This document shows, piece after piece, positions 61,236 through 64,000 of a stretch of 64,000 nt of DNA. A program made the translations under genes and the position numbers. The notes beneath the pieces are model-generated. The model had not been told where the DNA came from. It ran no database searches and saw only the letters and a program-made list of their open reading frames with translations. Every line of letters starts with the position of its first letter. Position 1 is the first letter of the stretch. The stretch comes from Malacoraja senta (taxonomy: Eukaryota): NCBI GenBank assembly GCA_038087875.1, contig CM075990.1:806001-870000 (forward strand). The letters run 5' to 3'.

Positions 61236-63660
61236 ATGAAGGGGTTGATGGTGGATATGCAATGGAAAGCATTTAAAGACTGCATGACTGAACTACAACA
61301 ATTGTTCATCCCAGTTTGGCAAAAGAATAAATCAGGGAAGGTAGTGCATCCATGGATAACAAGGGAAATCAGGGATAGTATCAAACTAAAGATGAAGCAT
61401 ACAAATTAGCCAGAAAAAGCAGCATACCAGAGGACTGGGAGAAATTCAGAGTCCAGCAGAGGAGGACAAAGGGCTTAATTATGAAAGGGAAAATAGATTA
61501 TGAAAGAAAACTGGCAGGGAACATAAAAACTGACTGCAAAAGTTTTTATAGATATGTGAAGAGAAAAAGATTAGTTAAAACAAATGTAGGTCCCTTGTAG
61601 TCAGAAAACAGGTGAATTGATCATGGGGAACAAGGACATGGCAGACCAATTGAATAACTACTTTTGTTCTGTCTTCACTAAGGGAAGACATAAATAATCT
61701 GCCGGAAATAGCAGGGGACCGGGGGTCAAATGAGATGGAGGAACTTAGTGAAATCCAGGTTAGCGTGGAAGTGGTGTTAGGTAAATTTAATGGATTAAAG
61801 GCCGATAAATCCCCAGGGCCAGATAGGCTGCATCCCAGAGTACTTAAGGAAGTAGCCCCAGAAATAGTGGATGCATCAGTGATAATTTTTCAAAACTCTT
61901 TAGATTCTGGAGTCGTTCCTGAGGATTGGAGGGTAGCTAATGTAACCCCACTTTTTAAAAAGGGAGGGAGAGAGAAAACGGGGAATTACAGACCAGTTAG
62001 TCTAACATCGGTAGTGGGGAAAACTGCTAGAGTCAGTTATTAAAGATGGGACAGCAGCACATTTGGAAAGTGATGAAATCATTGGACAAAGTCAGCATGG
62101 ATTTATGAAAGGTAAATCATGTCTGACGAATCTTATAGAATTTTTTCAGGATGTAACTAGTAGAGTGGATAAGGGAGAACCAGTGGATGTATTATATCTG
62201 GACTTTCAGAACGCTTTCGACAAGGTCCCACATAAGAGATTAGTATACAAACTTAAAGCACACGGTATTGGGGGTTCAGTATTGATGTGGATAGAGAACT
62301 GGCTGACAGACAGGAAGCAAAGAGTAGGAGTAAACAGGTCCGTTTCAGAATGGCAGGCAGTGACTAGTGGGGTACCGCAAGGCTCAGTGCTGGGACCCCA
62401 GCTATTTACAATATATATTAATGATTTGGACGAGGGAATTGAATGCAACATCTCCAAGTTTGCGGATGACACAAAGCTGGGGGGCAGTGTTAGCTGTGAG
62501 GAGGATGCTAGGAGGCTGCAAAGTGACTTGGATAGGTTGGGTGAGTGGGCAAATGCATGGCAGATGCAGTATAATGTGGATAAATGTGAGGTTATCCACT
62601 TTGGTGGCAAAAACAGGAAAGTAGACTATTATCTGAATGGTGGCCGATAAGGAAAAGGGGAGATGTAACGAGACCTGGGTGTCATGGTACACCAGTCATT
62701 GAAAGTAGGCATGCAGGTGCAGCAGGCAGTGAAGAAAGTGAATGGTATGTTAGCATTCATAGCAAAAGGATTTGAGTATAACATTGAGTATAACATTGAG
62801 TTAGCATTCATAGCAAAAGGATTTGAAACCTCAAATTGTGTTTCTTATTTTCTTTTTGTGCTTTTGTAATTGAATTCTGTCCTTGATTTGTGTATTGTGG
62901 TGTTTTTATATTTAATTTACTCCGATTATGTGTTTTGTATTTTTGTGATTTTATGCCTTGTAAGGTGCCCTTGCGTCTTAGAAAGGCACCAGCAAATAAA
63001 ATGAATTATTATTATTATTATTATTATTATTATAGGAGCAGGGAGGTTCTACTGCAGTTGTACAGGGTCTTGGTGAGTCCACACCTGGAGTATTGCGTAC
63101 AGTTTTGGTCTCCTAATCTGAGGAAAGACATTCTTGCCATAGAGGGAGTACGGAGAAGGTTCACCAGACCGATTCCTGGGATGTCAGGACTTTCATATGA
63201 AGAAAGACTGGATAGACACGGCTTGTACTCGCTAGAATTTAGAAGATTGAGGGGGGATCTTATAGAAACGTACAAAATTCTTAAGGGGTTGGACAGGCTA
63301 GATGCAGGAGTTTTTTGTTCCCGATGTTGGGGAAGTCCAGAACAAGGGGTCACAGTTTAAGGATAAGGGGGGAAGTCTTTTAGGACCGAGATGAGACAAA
63401 CATTTTTCACACAGAGTGTGGTGAATCTCTGGAATTCTCTGCCACAGAAGGTAGTTGAGGCCAGTTCATTGGCTATATTTAAGAAGGAGTTAGATGTGGC
63501 CCTTGTGGCTAAAGGGATCAGGGGGTATGGAGAAAGGCAGGTACAGGATACTGAGTTGGATGATCAGCCATGATCATATTGAATGGCGGTGCAGGCTCGA
63601 AGGGCCGAATGGCCTACTCCTGCACCTATTTTCTATGTTTCTATATTCTATGTTTCTATG
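61236..63660 (+). mobile_element. Young CR1 (HER1-like) LINE, 5'-truncated
   Basis: ORFs 61735-62043, 62063-62650 and 63031-63360; 3' stem-loop and ttctatg tail. Confidence 0.95.
62781..63030 (+). mobile_element. L2-type 3' tail insertion inside CR1 with junction duplications
   Basis: tgtaaggtgcccttg..tagaaaggcacc..aaataaaatgaa(tta)n end; CR1 resumes at tataggagc (63031). Confidence 0.65.
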
Positions 63661-64000
63661 AGTGGCCAGGAGACTGGTGTTTCAGTGGAAGAACAGGTTG
63701 TAGATAGTGATCATAACTGTATACTTTTCAAGAATGTTTTGAATACGAAGAAGGCTGGACCAAGCGGAAGATGCTAAATTGGAGTAAGGCAAATTACAAT
63801 GTTATTAGGCAGATGTTCAGAGTACATCTGGAGCAACTGTTATTGAATAAGTCCACAGTTCAGTTTCGGTTTAGTTTCTTGTCACGTTTACAGTGAAAAG
63901 CTTTTGTTACGTGCTAACCAGTCAGCAGAAAGACAATACATGATTACAATCAATTCCTTTCCAGTGTATAAACTTTAAGAGTGTGGAGCGATTGTAATAT

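Noticed and set aside
62890..63360. ORF with a poly-Tyr run fused to CR1 RT
   Set aside because: The (TAT)n tail of the L2 insert is in frame by chance

Overview
Eukaryotic, repeat-saturated DNA with no recognisable host protein-coding exon. It is most likely intronic or intergenic sequence from a cartilaginous fish, probably a skate or ray, inferred from HE1-like tRNA-head SINEs and HER1/CR1-like LINEs. Most of the window is nested, decayed transposable elements: several CR1 subfamilies, Rex1/Babar LINEs, an L2-clade (Crack-like) LINE, two 3' fragments of an L1/Tx1-like LINE, many Penelope-like (GIY-YIG) elements and solo pseudo-LTRs, tRNA-derived SINEs, PIF/Harbinger-type MITEs, non-autonomous Helitrons and simple repeats. 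There is a 200-N assembly gap at 4921-5120. The long ORFs in the track are broken RT/endonuclease fragments or their antisense shadows. Four signals stand out: (1) about 15 minimal hammerhead-ribozyme-like motifs in Penelope pLTRs, with inversion junctions repeatedly falling in the ribozyme hairpin; (2) four copies of a GC-rich, non-tRNA-headed, non-autonomous retroposon with a shared body but different Rex1-type tails; (3) a Helitron carrying a canonically spaced CCAAT-TATA-Inr promoter module; (4) an AT-rich unique block that looks like a conserved non-coding enhancer. There is no evidence of a prokaryotic-type system such as CRISPR. Family names come from motif recognition only, since no database search was run, and the boundaries of old elements are approximate.
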